Positions 11,721 through 23,391 of a stretch of DNA of 64,000 nucleotides are shown piece after piece. Numbering within the stretch: position 1 is the first letter of the stretch; every line of letters begins with the position of its first letter. The DNA is from Coniocarpon cinnabarinum (lineage: Eukaryota): contig JAVECO010000087.1 in assembly GCA_051942205.1 (NCBI GenBank), positions 1 to 64,000 on the forward strand, in the 5' to 3' direction. Both the position numbers and the translations under genes were made by a program. The notes beneath the pieces are model-generated. The model made no database searches, had not been told where the DNA came from, and saw only the letters and a list, made by a program, of their open reading frames with translations.

Positions 11721-14568
11721 CTAACGCACGCGCGAGAAATTCAAGAGCTCAGGAATGTCGGTGTGAGAAAGTATTAGGAGGATAAGCTCGTCGGATAGAC
11801 TGGCCAAAGACATGTTGTCTCTCAACGCTCGTTAAGGATGCGTAGAATGTTGTATACGGCTAGGAGGTGATCTTGAAACTGCTTATGAGCGCGCACGAGC
11901 TTCTGACCATTGCATGGTGTGTTTGAAGGGCAGGCTGCAAAAACCCTTGACTGGGTTGACAGTGATAATGCCCTTCGATGTGAGTGCAGCGGTGCACTCA
12001 TTGCGTGTATGAGTGACGTACAACAGACGATTGCGTTATCACTACCCTGCCTGAAGCCCTGGTCACAACCTGCCGCCGCCGCACCAGCATACTCATACAA
12101 CGAATAAGCCTACCACCCTACAATCTTCCGGTCTCACGGGTTTGAAGGTGATATCACGCCCATATGAGTGCACACGAAGTGCCAAGACGTGCCAAGGACC
12201 GATCGGTGGCGAGTCTCTCGTGAAACCAAGTTGTCGGCTAGTTCATCACCACTTCATCACGTTTCTCCACTAGGTTCTGCTACTTCACCACGGCGGTGAA
12301 GTATCCGAATCGGACATGGCGCAGACGTCGCTCAACTATCGATGGGGTGAATGTGGGTAAGCAGACGTGGTGTCGGAGGAGCAGAAGGCAGCCATCGGCC
12401 TCATCGTCGACTCCCAGTTCGGGCGCCACACGACACCAAAGTAGAAAGGGCAGGGATCCGACCTGATTCGTCAGCCGCGCTTCTGACGATTTCGCAGAAC
12501 CATCCGCAGGTACTTTCGCTCAGATGATTGGCGGTGTATGCGTGCTGTCGTGATGCAGTCCAACTGAAATTGAACTTCGTCTCACTCGCCACGAGCAGCC
12601 TCGACGCCGTTACCCGGCTCCAATACGGCCAAGGTGGAGCTTATATGGTCTGTGAAGATGTGAGAATCATTATACAGCAGCATGCGCACGGCTCGTGTCA
12701 TCTGAAAGCAAAAGCCGCTATACCGCATCTGCGTTGGGCCAGGTACAAGACGATCTGCTCCACCGAGTGTCATGATTGCATCTCGAAACGCAATCTCTGA
12801 GATATCCTAAGCCTTTCAGATACTCGCAGCTGTTCTTCCTTGCCATTACTCGTGAAAGCTTCAGCATGAGGTGAGCAATCGCTTGGCGTGTCGGCCTTCG
12901 AACCGTCAGAGTGGCGGCAGACGAACAGTCAGACGCAAGACACCCAGCACTGTATAGGCTCCCAAACATCAGCCCCGGCTCGTCAGGCCGCTTTACTGCC
13001 GCCCACATTGCCCAAGCTCATGCATGTCGCCTCCGTGACCATCGTAGCTGTGGAATGGTGGATTGCCGCAAATTGTTGAGACGCAACAACAGCTCATCTT
13101 CTTTGCCCTTGTCACAAAGAGACCACCCTCGCACTCTGGCACGCGCGTCGCCCAGCAGTTGTTGTACTCTTTCCGCACGTTCGCTGCGTTCCACCGACGC
13201 CCTCGTCCGGAAAAGACGGAGAAATCCTGCAGGGGCAGTTTCGTTCGCCTTGCATGTTTGCCTGCCACACCGAGAGCAGAGTGCAAACGACAGCACCGGC
13301 GGTATCTTCCAGGGGCACTCACAAGGTGACCATTGGAAAATTCGTAAGAGCTCGTCCAAAGCTAGTCGAAGCGGGGAAGCTCTCAGCTTGAGGTGCCACT
13401 AGACAGAGGGTCCTCGTGGGAATGCTCAGTGCAGTTGTTAGGTCAATTGAATGGTTGACCATCAGAACTCCCAGTGCACTTATGCATGTCTCAGAGCCAG
13501 GGATGCGAAAGCGGCCAGTTAGGGAGACTGCTTTAGGTTTAGATCTGGCCTGGGAAAAGGTCATGGCAGGGATTGTCCAGCACCAGAGGGTGACAAGCCT
13601 GCGGTGTATGACAGCACAGTAGAATTCGATTGCCGATGTATCCTGCACACGTCGGCATCAGGGAACCGACGAGATTAGAATTTTCGGAAAAGCAGTAGAC
13701 CTTCTCGTTTTGCGTTGGGGTCCCTGGCAATCTGCGCCGACGTAAGCTTGCATGCCGTCCAATTATGGGACGGTGGCCAGATGTCGACATGCTCGTCCAC
13801 AGGTGAGCCGCACGCCCTGAAGTCGAACAAGCGCATGGAATTGACTCCAAGCTTTGACTCGTCGCAGCCCACTCATCGATTGGGTCTAGTGGATCATGGG
13901 TCTCTCGAGTTCGTTTGTCGCAATCTTCGATGGCCATCAAATCGCCTGACGGAGCATCCGTGACACAAGTTTGCTTGGCAATTACCGTCGAGGTGGCTGT
14001 CACCGATTGTTCGAAAAGCACGGCAGCGTCGCTGCCAATGAACAGGCGTTTGCTGGCTTGTGAACCAGGCTTGCCGAACGGGAAGTGCACGTGACCTGGG
14101 AAATTGATATAGCGTCCCGTCCCACGCTCGTTGACCACAATGATGGTGAATCGTCCTCGTTTCTCCGTTGGTTAGCAAACAGAGACATCTGATACGCCCT
14201 CACGACCTCGCGGAACGCCGGCGATGCGCCATTAAAACCTTGGTCCGAGGAAGCGAGTGCATGGATGCAACGCAAGCTTTGGTTTTCGGCCAGTCGATCC
14301 AGCATGGTTGCTCTTGGATCCTGCCGCGACTGGCCTGGGCCCGCTCCAGCAAGCTCGATGCTTATCAGGAGCTTCGTTTGGTTCTCGTCGGGACGGGAGT
14401 CCGGCGCGTTGATCCATGCCAATCCCACCCTCAGGATGATTCTGTTGGCTCTCACGAGCGGGGTCGTGATGTGGTCTGACGCATGAGGCCTCGTCAATGT
14501 GACCATGAGCGGGGAGACGGGGAGAGAAAGGCTGGTGCGAGCGGCAACGGTCTCGTCCAGGCGAAGAA

Positions 14569-14576
14569 TATAAATA
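14569..14576 (+). promoter_or_regulatory. Candidate TATA box of the small Cys-rich gene
   Basis: TATAAATA lies ~400 bp upstream of ATG 14975 and is followed by CT-rich sequence and a 5'-UTR intron (14891-14945, GTATGA...GCTAAC...CAG). Confidence 0.55.
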
Positions 14577-14974
14577 TGGCCTCATGGCTCCGGTCAGTCT
14601 TGAATCCTCTTCATCCACTCCTCCATCGACTTCTCGAACCCAGCCTGAGCCTCATTGGTCTCAGGGAATTGCACTACCCCAAACCTTCTTCCACATCACA
14701 TCTCCTCAACAAGGTCTTCACCTTTGGTGAGACGTCTGCCTTACCTCGACCTTACCTTAAAGAGGGTTGGTCTTCACCCCGGGTCACTCACCTATTGGCT
14801 TGACTAATTGTTTATGGAAAGAGCAACACTCACCTAGAAGGGGGCCGACTCATTTCAGGCCTGTCGTCAACGCCGATCACAGTTCACAAGGTATGATCAC
14901 CATTGGTTCTGTAGCGCCCCCCAAGACGAGGCTAACGTCGATCAGCCAACTCGTCCTAGCTCACACCTTGAAAC

Positions 14975-15316
14975 ATGTGCTTCTTCGATCAGCACCGGTT
15001 CCTTTGCGGTGACTGGAAGTGGGGCCACTTCCGTCAGCATTGCAACCGGGAGTACCGCACCGGCGAAACGTGCGGCATCAAGCTCATTATGAACACGCAC
15101 GCCGTGAACCAAAAGTGCAAGCTCTGCGACAAGATTGAGACAAAGACCCGCCGCCGCAACGCCGAGGTCGAGCGCGTCAAGCGCTGGGAGCGTGACGGCG
15201 GCAAATTTAGGGCGTCGATCGAGAAGTCACAGGACGCCATCAGCATCCTGACGAAAGAGATCCACATGCTCACATCCGAGCGGCAGAGGAAGCTGCAAGC
15301 TGTCACAGGCCGTTGA
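14975..15316 (+). CDS. Small Cys-rich hypothetical protein (113 aa) with C-terminal coiled coil
   Basis: Strong C/G third-position bias and six Cys, including CKLC. MCFFDQHRFLCGDWKW...EYRTGETCG resembles a family of uncharacterised Pezizomycotina proteins (from memory). No signal peptide. Confidence 0.85.
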   Translation: MCFFDQHRFLCGDWKWGHFRQHCNREYRTGETCGIKLIMNTHAVNQKCKLCDKIETKTRRRNAEVERVKRWERDGGKFRASIEKSQDAISILTKEIHMLTSERQRKLQAVTGR

Positions 15317-16331
15317 GATTTGGTAGAGTCAGGGGTATGCCAGGAGAGGTACAAAGTCTAAATTGCGCACGTCTCACGCTCTGAGTTTCACGGAGGGGCG
15401 ATTGGGACGGTGGGGAGAGGGACAATGGCCATGAGTCTTTTGACGGGCGTCGGCGGAGCTGGCTGTCAGTAACTATTTTTGGTGGGCGCGTATGGGGTTT
15501 GTGACGGTCGAGCAAGCTTGATGAATCTAAACGTGTTTTCCATTCCCGTGGCCGTTTGAAGGAACATGCATCCTGTCGCAACGCAGGAACTCACCTGATG
15601 TGATTGGCCGTACCCGTGGACCCGTTCGAGGGCTGGCAGCACAGCCGTACACGCACGCTGCACGATCGATGCAGGAGGGCGAGCGCTTGATCCACTCAGA
15701 CAGCGACGGTCGGCAGTGAGCAGCCAAGCGCGTGGCCTGGCGCCAAAGCCTCGCCCTCGGCGGCTAGCTCGATCGCTAGAGCCTAGAGCGCTATCTGTGT
15801 GCGGCCAGAGACGAGCACCACCTGCCCGGCTCCTTTGCTCGACCACTTGCGACCGTGGGAGCGTCGAAAAAGGGTCGATATTGGTATCAACATGGAGCGC
15901 AGAACGAGGAGATGAAGTCTACGTTAAGTTTTACCGCACTAGTGTTAGCGCTGTCAGTCATGTGCTTCGTCGTTGCTGCGGCCTGGCTGTACTCGACATC
16001 TCGGGCCATCACCACGCGCCGCATCGGGTAATCCGTCTTGCGCCCTCGCATCTGTTGATATTCAGATGACCGGATCTGTATGCGTGATGACTTGCTTCTG
16101 AAACAGCGCTTCATCGGGGCTCGTTTGTCACCATACAGCAGCGCCTTTCCGCCACACCTACTCAGACCCTTGTCGGCGTCTCGGTGAACTCAAATGGCAG
16201 GCACCGGCCGCTCACATTCTGTGAGAGACGTGTGGCTAGGGACAGGAGTTCATGCTGCTTGAAATCATTTCGCATGCCATCTACAAAAAACAATGCATTG
16301 CAACGCGCGCTATCGAAAACATGAAGCGCTT

Positions 16332-18732
16332 TTACAGCTCCGAGTGACCTTCATCGTCATCGTCTGATCCACCGTACCCGCTGTCTGCGCCACCACCGCC
16401 ATACAGCTTGCTCGTGATCGGGTAAGCCACATCGGACAGCTTCTCACGAGCTTCCTCGAAAGCTTCCACGTCCGCCGTTTGCGAATTCTCCTCCAGCCAG
16501 TCCAGAGCCTCTTTCACGGCGTCTTTGATGGTGTCCTTGTCGTCTTCGTCAATCTTGCCACCCAGCCCTTCGTCATCGTTGATCTGGTTCTTGAGACTGT
16601 ACGCATAATTTTCCAAGCTGTTGCGCGCCTCGATACGTTCCTTGTTCGCCTTGTCTTCCTCCGCGTATTGTTCCGCTTCTTCGATCATACGGTCAATTTC
16701 CTCTTTGCTGAGACGCCCTTTGTCGTTTGTGATAGTGATCGATTCCGACTTGCCGGTGCCTTTGTCAGCGGCGGCGACTTTCAGCAGACCATTTGCATCA
16801 ATGTCGAAATTGACTTCAATCTGCGGAACGCCTCGTGGAGCAGGGGGGATGTTTGTTAGCTCAAACTTGCCAAGCAGATTGTTGTCCTTGGTCATTGACC
16901 GTTCACCCTCGTATACCTGAATCAATACCACGGGCTGGTTGTCCGCAGCCGTGGAAAAGATCTGGTTCTTTTTTGTCGGAATGGTAGTACCACGCTTGAT
17001 GAGAGTGGTCATGACACCTCCAGTGGTCTCGATACCAAGCGTCAAAGGGTTGACATCCATAAGAACAATGTCGCCAGTGCCCTCGTCGCCGGACAGCACG
17101 CCTGCCTGGACAGTGGCACCATAGGCCACTGCTTCATCAGGATTAATGCCCTTGCTGGCTTTCTTATTGAAGTACTCTTCGATCATGCTTTGCACCTTCG
17201 GGATACGCGTAGAGCCACCGACTAGCACGATGTCATCAACATCGGTCTTCTTGGCCTTGGCATCTTTGAGAACTTGCTCAACGGGTTTCAAGGTCTTCTT
17301 GAAGAGGTCGTTGTTGAGCTCTTCGAACTTCGCTCGAGTAAGCGTCTCCGAAAAGTCCTTTCCCTTGTGGAAGGATTCGATTTCAATGCGAGTGGATTGC
17401 GCTGACGATAGTGTTCGCTTGGCCTTCTCAACCTCGCGCTTGAGCTTGCCCATGGCTTTGGGATCTTTGGCAATGTCGGTATCTTCCTTCTTGTTGTACA
17501 GCTTGACGAAATGGTTCATGACGCGCTGATCAAAATCTTCGCCACCAAGATGAGTGTCACCCGCGGTTGCACGGACCTCAAACACACCATCTTCGACTGA
17601 CAAAAAGGACACATCGAAGGTACCACCACCGAGATCTATGCGATCGTTAGCTCGAAGCAATTTTGCTACTGGGATCAAGAGACTTGCCATAGACAATGAT
17701 ATTCCTCTCAGATTTGTCACGGTCAAGTCCATAAGCTAGCGCAGCTGCGGTAGGCTCGTTGACAACGCGCATAACATTGAGACCAGCAATCGTTCCAGCG
17801 TCTTTAGTAGCGGCTCTTTGCGCGTCATTGAAGTAAGCAGGCACGGTGACCACAGCATTGTTGACCTTCTCGCCAAGGTATGCTTCGGCCACCTCCTTCA
17901 TCTTCGTAAGAACCATGGACGAGACTTCTTCCGGAGTGAAGGTCTTTTCGGAGCCGGAGACTTCGACGCTCACACGAGGTTGACCGTTCTTGTTGATGAC
18001 CTTGAAAGGGAAGTGCTTCATGTCGCTCTGAACGTCCTTGTCCTGGAATTTTCGTCCGATCATTCGCCTGGCTGAGGTTAGTATATGGGTGGATATTAGA
18101 ACGACCTTTGGATGCAGACTCACTTGATGTCGAAGACGGTTCGATGTGGATTTGAGGCGTACTGATTTTTGGCAGCATCTCCTATTAATCGTTCTTCGTC
18201 GTTCCAAGCTACGTATGATGGTGTAATTCGGTTCTTTAGGCCGCTAGCATTAGCCTCTAGTTTCCAGAACTGGGGGTGTCCTGATTGAGACTCACGCCTT
18301 GGTCGTTTGTGATGATTTCCACGCGCCCAGCTTTCATAACACCAACACAACTATACTGCTTGTCAGCGCCGCCCAGAGACTGGAAGAGCTACTGTACAAC
18401 TGACGAGTATGTGGTTCCAAGATCGATACCAATGACTGCGACGCCTTTGTTAGCATGCAGATTCCTGAGGGTATTCGACATAATCCTTAGACTCTTCAAG
18501 GAGTATGTTGGCGAGATTCCGTTCATGCTGCTGGAAAGCATGTGGGCTTCTCAAGAGAGAAGGTATACCTACTGGGTCCGCTGACAGCTTTATCGTCGTC
18601 AAGTGGTTTTTGTGTGTCATCTTGTGCGCGGACGGTGCCAACGAGGAGCAAAGGAAGCGCGAAGATGCAAAGTACGTAGAAGGCAGTCATCCACGCAGAG
18701 CGCGGTGAGCTGCGCCGTGATGGACGAGCCAT
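16332..18732 (-). CDS. KAR2: ER Hsp70 chaperone BiP/Kar2 (6 exons)
   Basis: Signal peptide (MARPSRR...LLLVGTVRA), then [31 protein letters not shown] and [12 protein letters not shown], with an acidic C-terminus ending HSEL. Five introns reconstructed, one of them GC-AG. Confidence 0.98.
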
Positions 18733-19388
18733 CTTTGGCGTGGTGAGAGATTCTCGGGCGTGTATTGCAGTGGCCCAAAAATGTTTGGGAGATGGGGTGG
18801 TCGGGGCGTGTTGGTCGACGAGTGTGCCGCAACGGCAGATGGAGGGAAAGAGGAGGCAATGGCAGAAAATATACGGTAGACCGTAGGCGTGGGGGGAGGA
18901 GGAGGTCAATGCGTGAAGAAGATGGAAATCCGGTTGCGGTGGTCTGGCGCTGCTACTTTTTGAAACATTTGGCAGAGGACAGTTGTTCAAGATCGTCCCA
19001 GCCAATCACAGGGCTTCATGTCTTGGCATCTGGCTGAAGTGGCCAGCTGTCTTTTTTTGCCATCCTCTCGTCCTTCCAATGCAACCGTCCCATGCCGCCG
19101 CTGACCGCAGGCTCCAAAGTTGTATGCTAGCATTGATGTTGGTATGACGTGTGCGAGCAGGCAGACACTCAGCCAAAAAAAGAAAATGGGAAGAAGGTCG
19201 CAAACAGCGCTGTGGCATTCCTTCCATCACCTTCGATGCGTAACAAAGTCATTGTCAACTCGTGATGCGTTCCAATCCCTCCCATATGCATATATGCACG
19301 CTTGCTACGTAATCAGAACTGGGTATCTCGCTATGCAATGGCTGTTTTCCAAGAGCCTTGTTGACTTGGACAGCTTGAATGCTTCCTG

Positions 19389-22300
19389 TTAGTTTGTCAT
19401 CCTCTTGTAGAACAGTATGTACGCCTGCTCATTTTGAAGCCGCTCAGACTTCGAAAGTCTCTCCGCGTGAAAGTCAGTGACCCGGTCATCATCAAATTTC
19501 CGCCAGCATTGCCTCCCTTCATCCTTCACAAGAGCAATGTAATGCCCACTTGCTATTGTACCCCCGAGATGCCTCATTACGGCATAACAGTTGTAATGAT
19601 AAGGCGCTTTCATCGATGGAGGCGTTTCACGTGCGTGAGGGCCGTATTGATTTTGGATCTGTGCAGATTCAGCCGCGCTCGGCGCCGGCAGGACGTAAGG
19701 ACCAAGATCCAATCTTTCCAATGGAAAGTCAACGACTGTCGTAATCTTCTTCGCTGACTGGGAGCGTGAGGCGCTGAAGCGTTTCAGGTGAATAACCAAG
19801 GTCTCAGGGACCCTCGTGATTGTGATACGTTTTGTGGCCTCGCGCTCACACTTACAACGTGGACACCGCCACACTTCATCACCTGACAATGTCTCGGCGC
19901 TGCAGTAACTCGAAAGGCAGTCGTAAATATTGAGAGGTTTTTTAGCTTTAGGAATCTCAATTGACATTGAGTAGAAAGGCTCATAGGTCGTGGAGGTGTG
20001 TTTGCAGACGGTGCATTGGAGTATGGACATGTGCTGTCCGGCGAAGATTTCAGTGAGCTTGCTGTAATCACGGTGGAGCGAGCGGTCCCACTCGGTCTTT
20101 GCGACCACGAACTTCGACATACGTTCGCGATGAGCCTCCTCTTCGTCAGTGAGCGGGCGCAAAGGGTTGCGGGAATAATGTCGATTTAGGTCCTCATGTA
20201 GGTAATCTATCAAAAACTCGAGGAATTCTTTCGCGTCCTGCTGGCGTTCAGCACCCCATTCACTGTTGAGCCTGGCACACATTGTTCGAAAATTAGTCGG
20301 TCGAAGGGTCTTAGTATCTTTGACCTCCCACAGATGCCGGAGCAGGACTTGGTACAATTGGCCTAAGACCCCCTTCGACCCCTTCCAATTGTCTTCTTGA
20401 AACTTTTCCTTGATGTTGGGAGTTTGAAGGAAATACGCCGTCAAAGGAACAGTGGCGCTCATGCATTGGATGGTTGCATTCATATAGCAAGTGACCGAAA
20501 AGTTCTGCAAACCAATCTTCGGCAGAAGTCGAAATCGGGGAGCGATGTACTCTGTCAGTTTAGGGGGCCGGGCTGGCGCCATCGATCGCTCTTGGACTCC
20601 ACTATACGTTCGGCGAGGTACAGAAGGTGGCGGAGGCGCGGGGACTGGAGAGGGTAGGGCAGCGTCCTGCGGACTTTGTGAGGGTGGAGCTGGAGGAGGA
20701 GCCGTTGGCGGCAATGGTGTCGGATACTGTGGTATTCTAGATTCTAGTCGTGCTTGCCCGTCAGAAGCCTGCTGGCTCTCTACAGTTGCCACGTCTGGGA
20801 AACGGGTGGCGAATTCTTCGTAATCAGCCATTGAGACTGTGCCATCGTCACCATTTTCAGCGGGCATCTTGCCTTCCATCTGCGGCCGACTGTCAAGCAT
20901 CACGCTTGCACTACGCACTCTGGCTTTCCATTTATTGACTTCTTCTTGATCTAGAGGATTATATTCACGATGACGGCGCTTTCCATTGTCGAGACGGAGG
21001 GTATCTGTGGGCACTGGCCGTCGCGACACAGGCCTACGTCCGGATGCGCGGCTTGACGTGTCTGAGCTGACGAGGCCTTGAGGCCCAAGTAGTTCAACCC
21101 ACGAATCTAAACCACCGTTGAGGATAATGGGCGGCCACTGCAATGGCTTCTCTTGGTTGAAGTCTAACAGAGCATCATGCAGGTACGCCAAGGCGGCGTT
21201 TGGCTCTTTCTGTGAAGATCGGTCCCAGTCAGACATACTGCTCGACTGATCGTAGTACACGACCAAATCGAAGCTGTTGCGCTGATGGTAAAACACTTGC
21301 TCAGAATCTGGCGAGAGAACTAAAGCCTCTTGCAGTTGCTCTGCGGACATGTTCCTCCGCAGCGCCGTGGGCTCAATGCATATGATCGAGCGATGATAAA
21401 TATGACCACTATCAAATTCTGATCTGGGTCGTGCATCAATAAGAAGCACGTTGAACGTTGATAAGTAATCAAAGAGCTTCTGCGCGTTAATGTCAGTTTC
21501 TTGAGGTTTGTGCATCGATCGTCTCCGTCTGAATTGGCCACGACTTGAGGACACTGAATCTGCATCCTGGTCATCATCCTCATCATGATCATCAAAAAAC
21601 GTTTTGTGAGCAGAGCCTTGCGAAGCTGGCCGGGCTGAGGACAGGTGAGAAGCGGTGGATGGATTCTTCTGGTGTTGAATTCGTGATTCATTGCGCATAG
21701 TACGTGGCGGTTGGAATCGAGCACTATCTTGTGACCCTCGAGTCGGCGCATACGTGGGACTGGGCTGCTTGGGCAGGCTTGCCGTAGATGACATGCTTGT
21801 TGAGGGGATTGATTTACTTTTCATGGTTGCTGCAGTCGGTGGCCCGGCAGATAAGTGAAGTGAAGGGGTGTCGATCTTAGTAGTATAATCTACGGAGGTT
21901 GATGCATGGACCGGCGATATCGTACTGTTGGTTCTTTGATCTCCCGTCGAGGTACACGAATGTAGGTTAGGGCTAGTGCGCAATTTGGCGAATCTGTCGC
22001 TCAGGGAAGAGTCCAGATCCAGGAACGTGTGGCCGTTTACTGATTCCGCACTCGTCTCCAGCACGCGTCGTGGAAGTTGAGACGACTGCACCGAGGAATG
22101 GGTCAAGGCTCGGGAGGATTGAGGCTCTGATGATGATGCATGGCGATATGGTCGTTGGGAGGAAGATGATGGTGAAATTGGCGGGTTCGTTGAAGACGAG
22201 CCTAGTGATAATGGCCGCACATCAGACGGCTCATTGGAAGCACGGTTGGTCGGTTGAGTTGCATTCTTTCTATTATCCGCCTTGATGGCATCTCGAAGCG

Positions 22301-22830
22301 CTCTGTATTGATGCTCATCTGCCTCAAGATCCTGACCTTGCTTAGATGGATTCTTCTCGAGAAGTGGTGGTTACTCACTCTGCGTAATTGTTTTTGTCTT
22401 TCTGTGAGCGCCGGACTCGTCTGAATGCTGCGCGCGTCTTTGCAAATGGGGATGATTGATGAACAGAGCTCATATGCGATTACGTACTTGACGTATGCAT
22501 CTTCTGGCCGCTCGAGGTCAAGATAGAATCCACTGGATCGTAATGCTTGATCTGCAATGTCTAACAGCCGCTCGGCCTGCAACAATTACGAGGTTAGTGG
22601 GGGGTCATCAAATGATAGATAACCATTGCACATACAGGGATGTACTTGGCGTCTCCAAGAACAGTCTCCGCCTTGTGAACCAGGTCGTTGAGGTGAGCGA
22701 ATGGTTTAAAAGACTTGCTCGAGCGGTCTGGAGGTGGACCACCGCCGCTGCTGGCACCCGGACCATGGCGAGTCGAAACTCCAGAGCGGTGCGGAGGGGG
22801 AACAGGAGGAGTGGCGGCTGCAAAGCTCAT
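19389..22830 (-). CDS. DOA4: Ubiquitin C-terminal hydrolase, Doa4/USP8 type (3 exons)
   Basis: N-terminal helical domain, rhodanese-like domain (LLIDARPRSEFDSGHI), Cys box GLQNFSVTCYMNA, QQDAKEFL, and His box GHYIALVK...FDDDRV. Confidence 0.93.
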
Positions 22831-23391
22831 TGCTACTCCAGCCAAACGAGACGGAGACTAAGCATGTCTTCAGATGCCTCGCAGGCTTCGAGAGTGCATG
22901 AATAAAATGGTCAGCACATCAGGATTGACATGTGGTGTGTTGCAGAGTCTGTGGAAAACGCGTGAGAGAGCCCTTGGTGTGGCGTTGAGGAAGATGCGAC
23001 GACGAGCCGTCAAGACCGCAGGCTCTCGATCCAGCAGCCAGAGGAAGACGAAGCCAGAGGAGGGGAGCGATGTCGTCGCTAGCATGGGTGCACGCCACGC
23101 GTATGCAGAATTGCAAACCGACGTGGTGGGCTGGCCGGTGGCGTCAAGGCTGATCGGCGCCAAGGAGTGAGGCGATTTTCTATCTACTAGATACTCCGTA
23201 TGCCTCCCAGGCTACCAGGTACAGTAAAGTACCCTTCGACATTCCCTACCTTCGTCATACTGTGAGACAACGTCGCTCTCCTCCAGCTCCGCATTCTGTG
23301 CCTTCACCTCACCATTCGCACGGCCTGCAAGTCTCCGCTGACCATACGTACCTGCTGACCTGGGCCGCGAGTCCTTTCCTCGTTCCTCGTC

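Noticed and set aside
11822..14803. Dense overlapping short ORFs
   Set aside because: Expected by chance at this GC content with alternative starts allowed; none looks protein-like.
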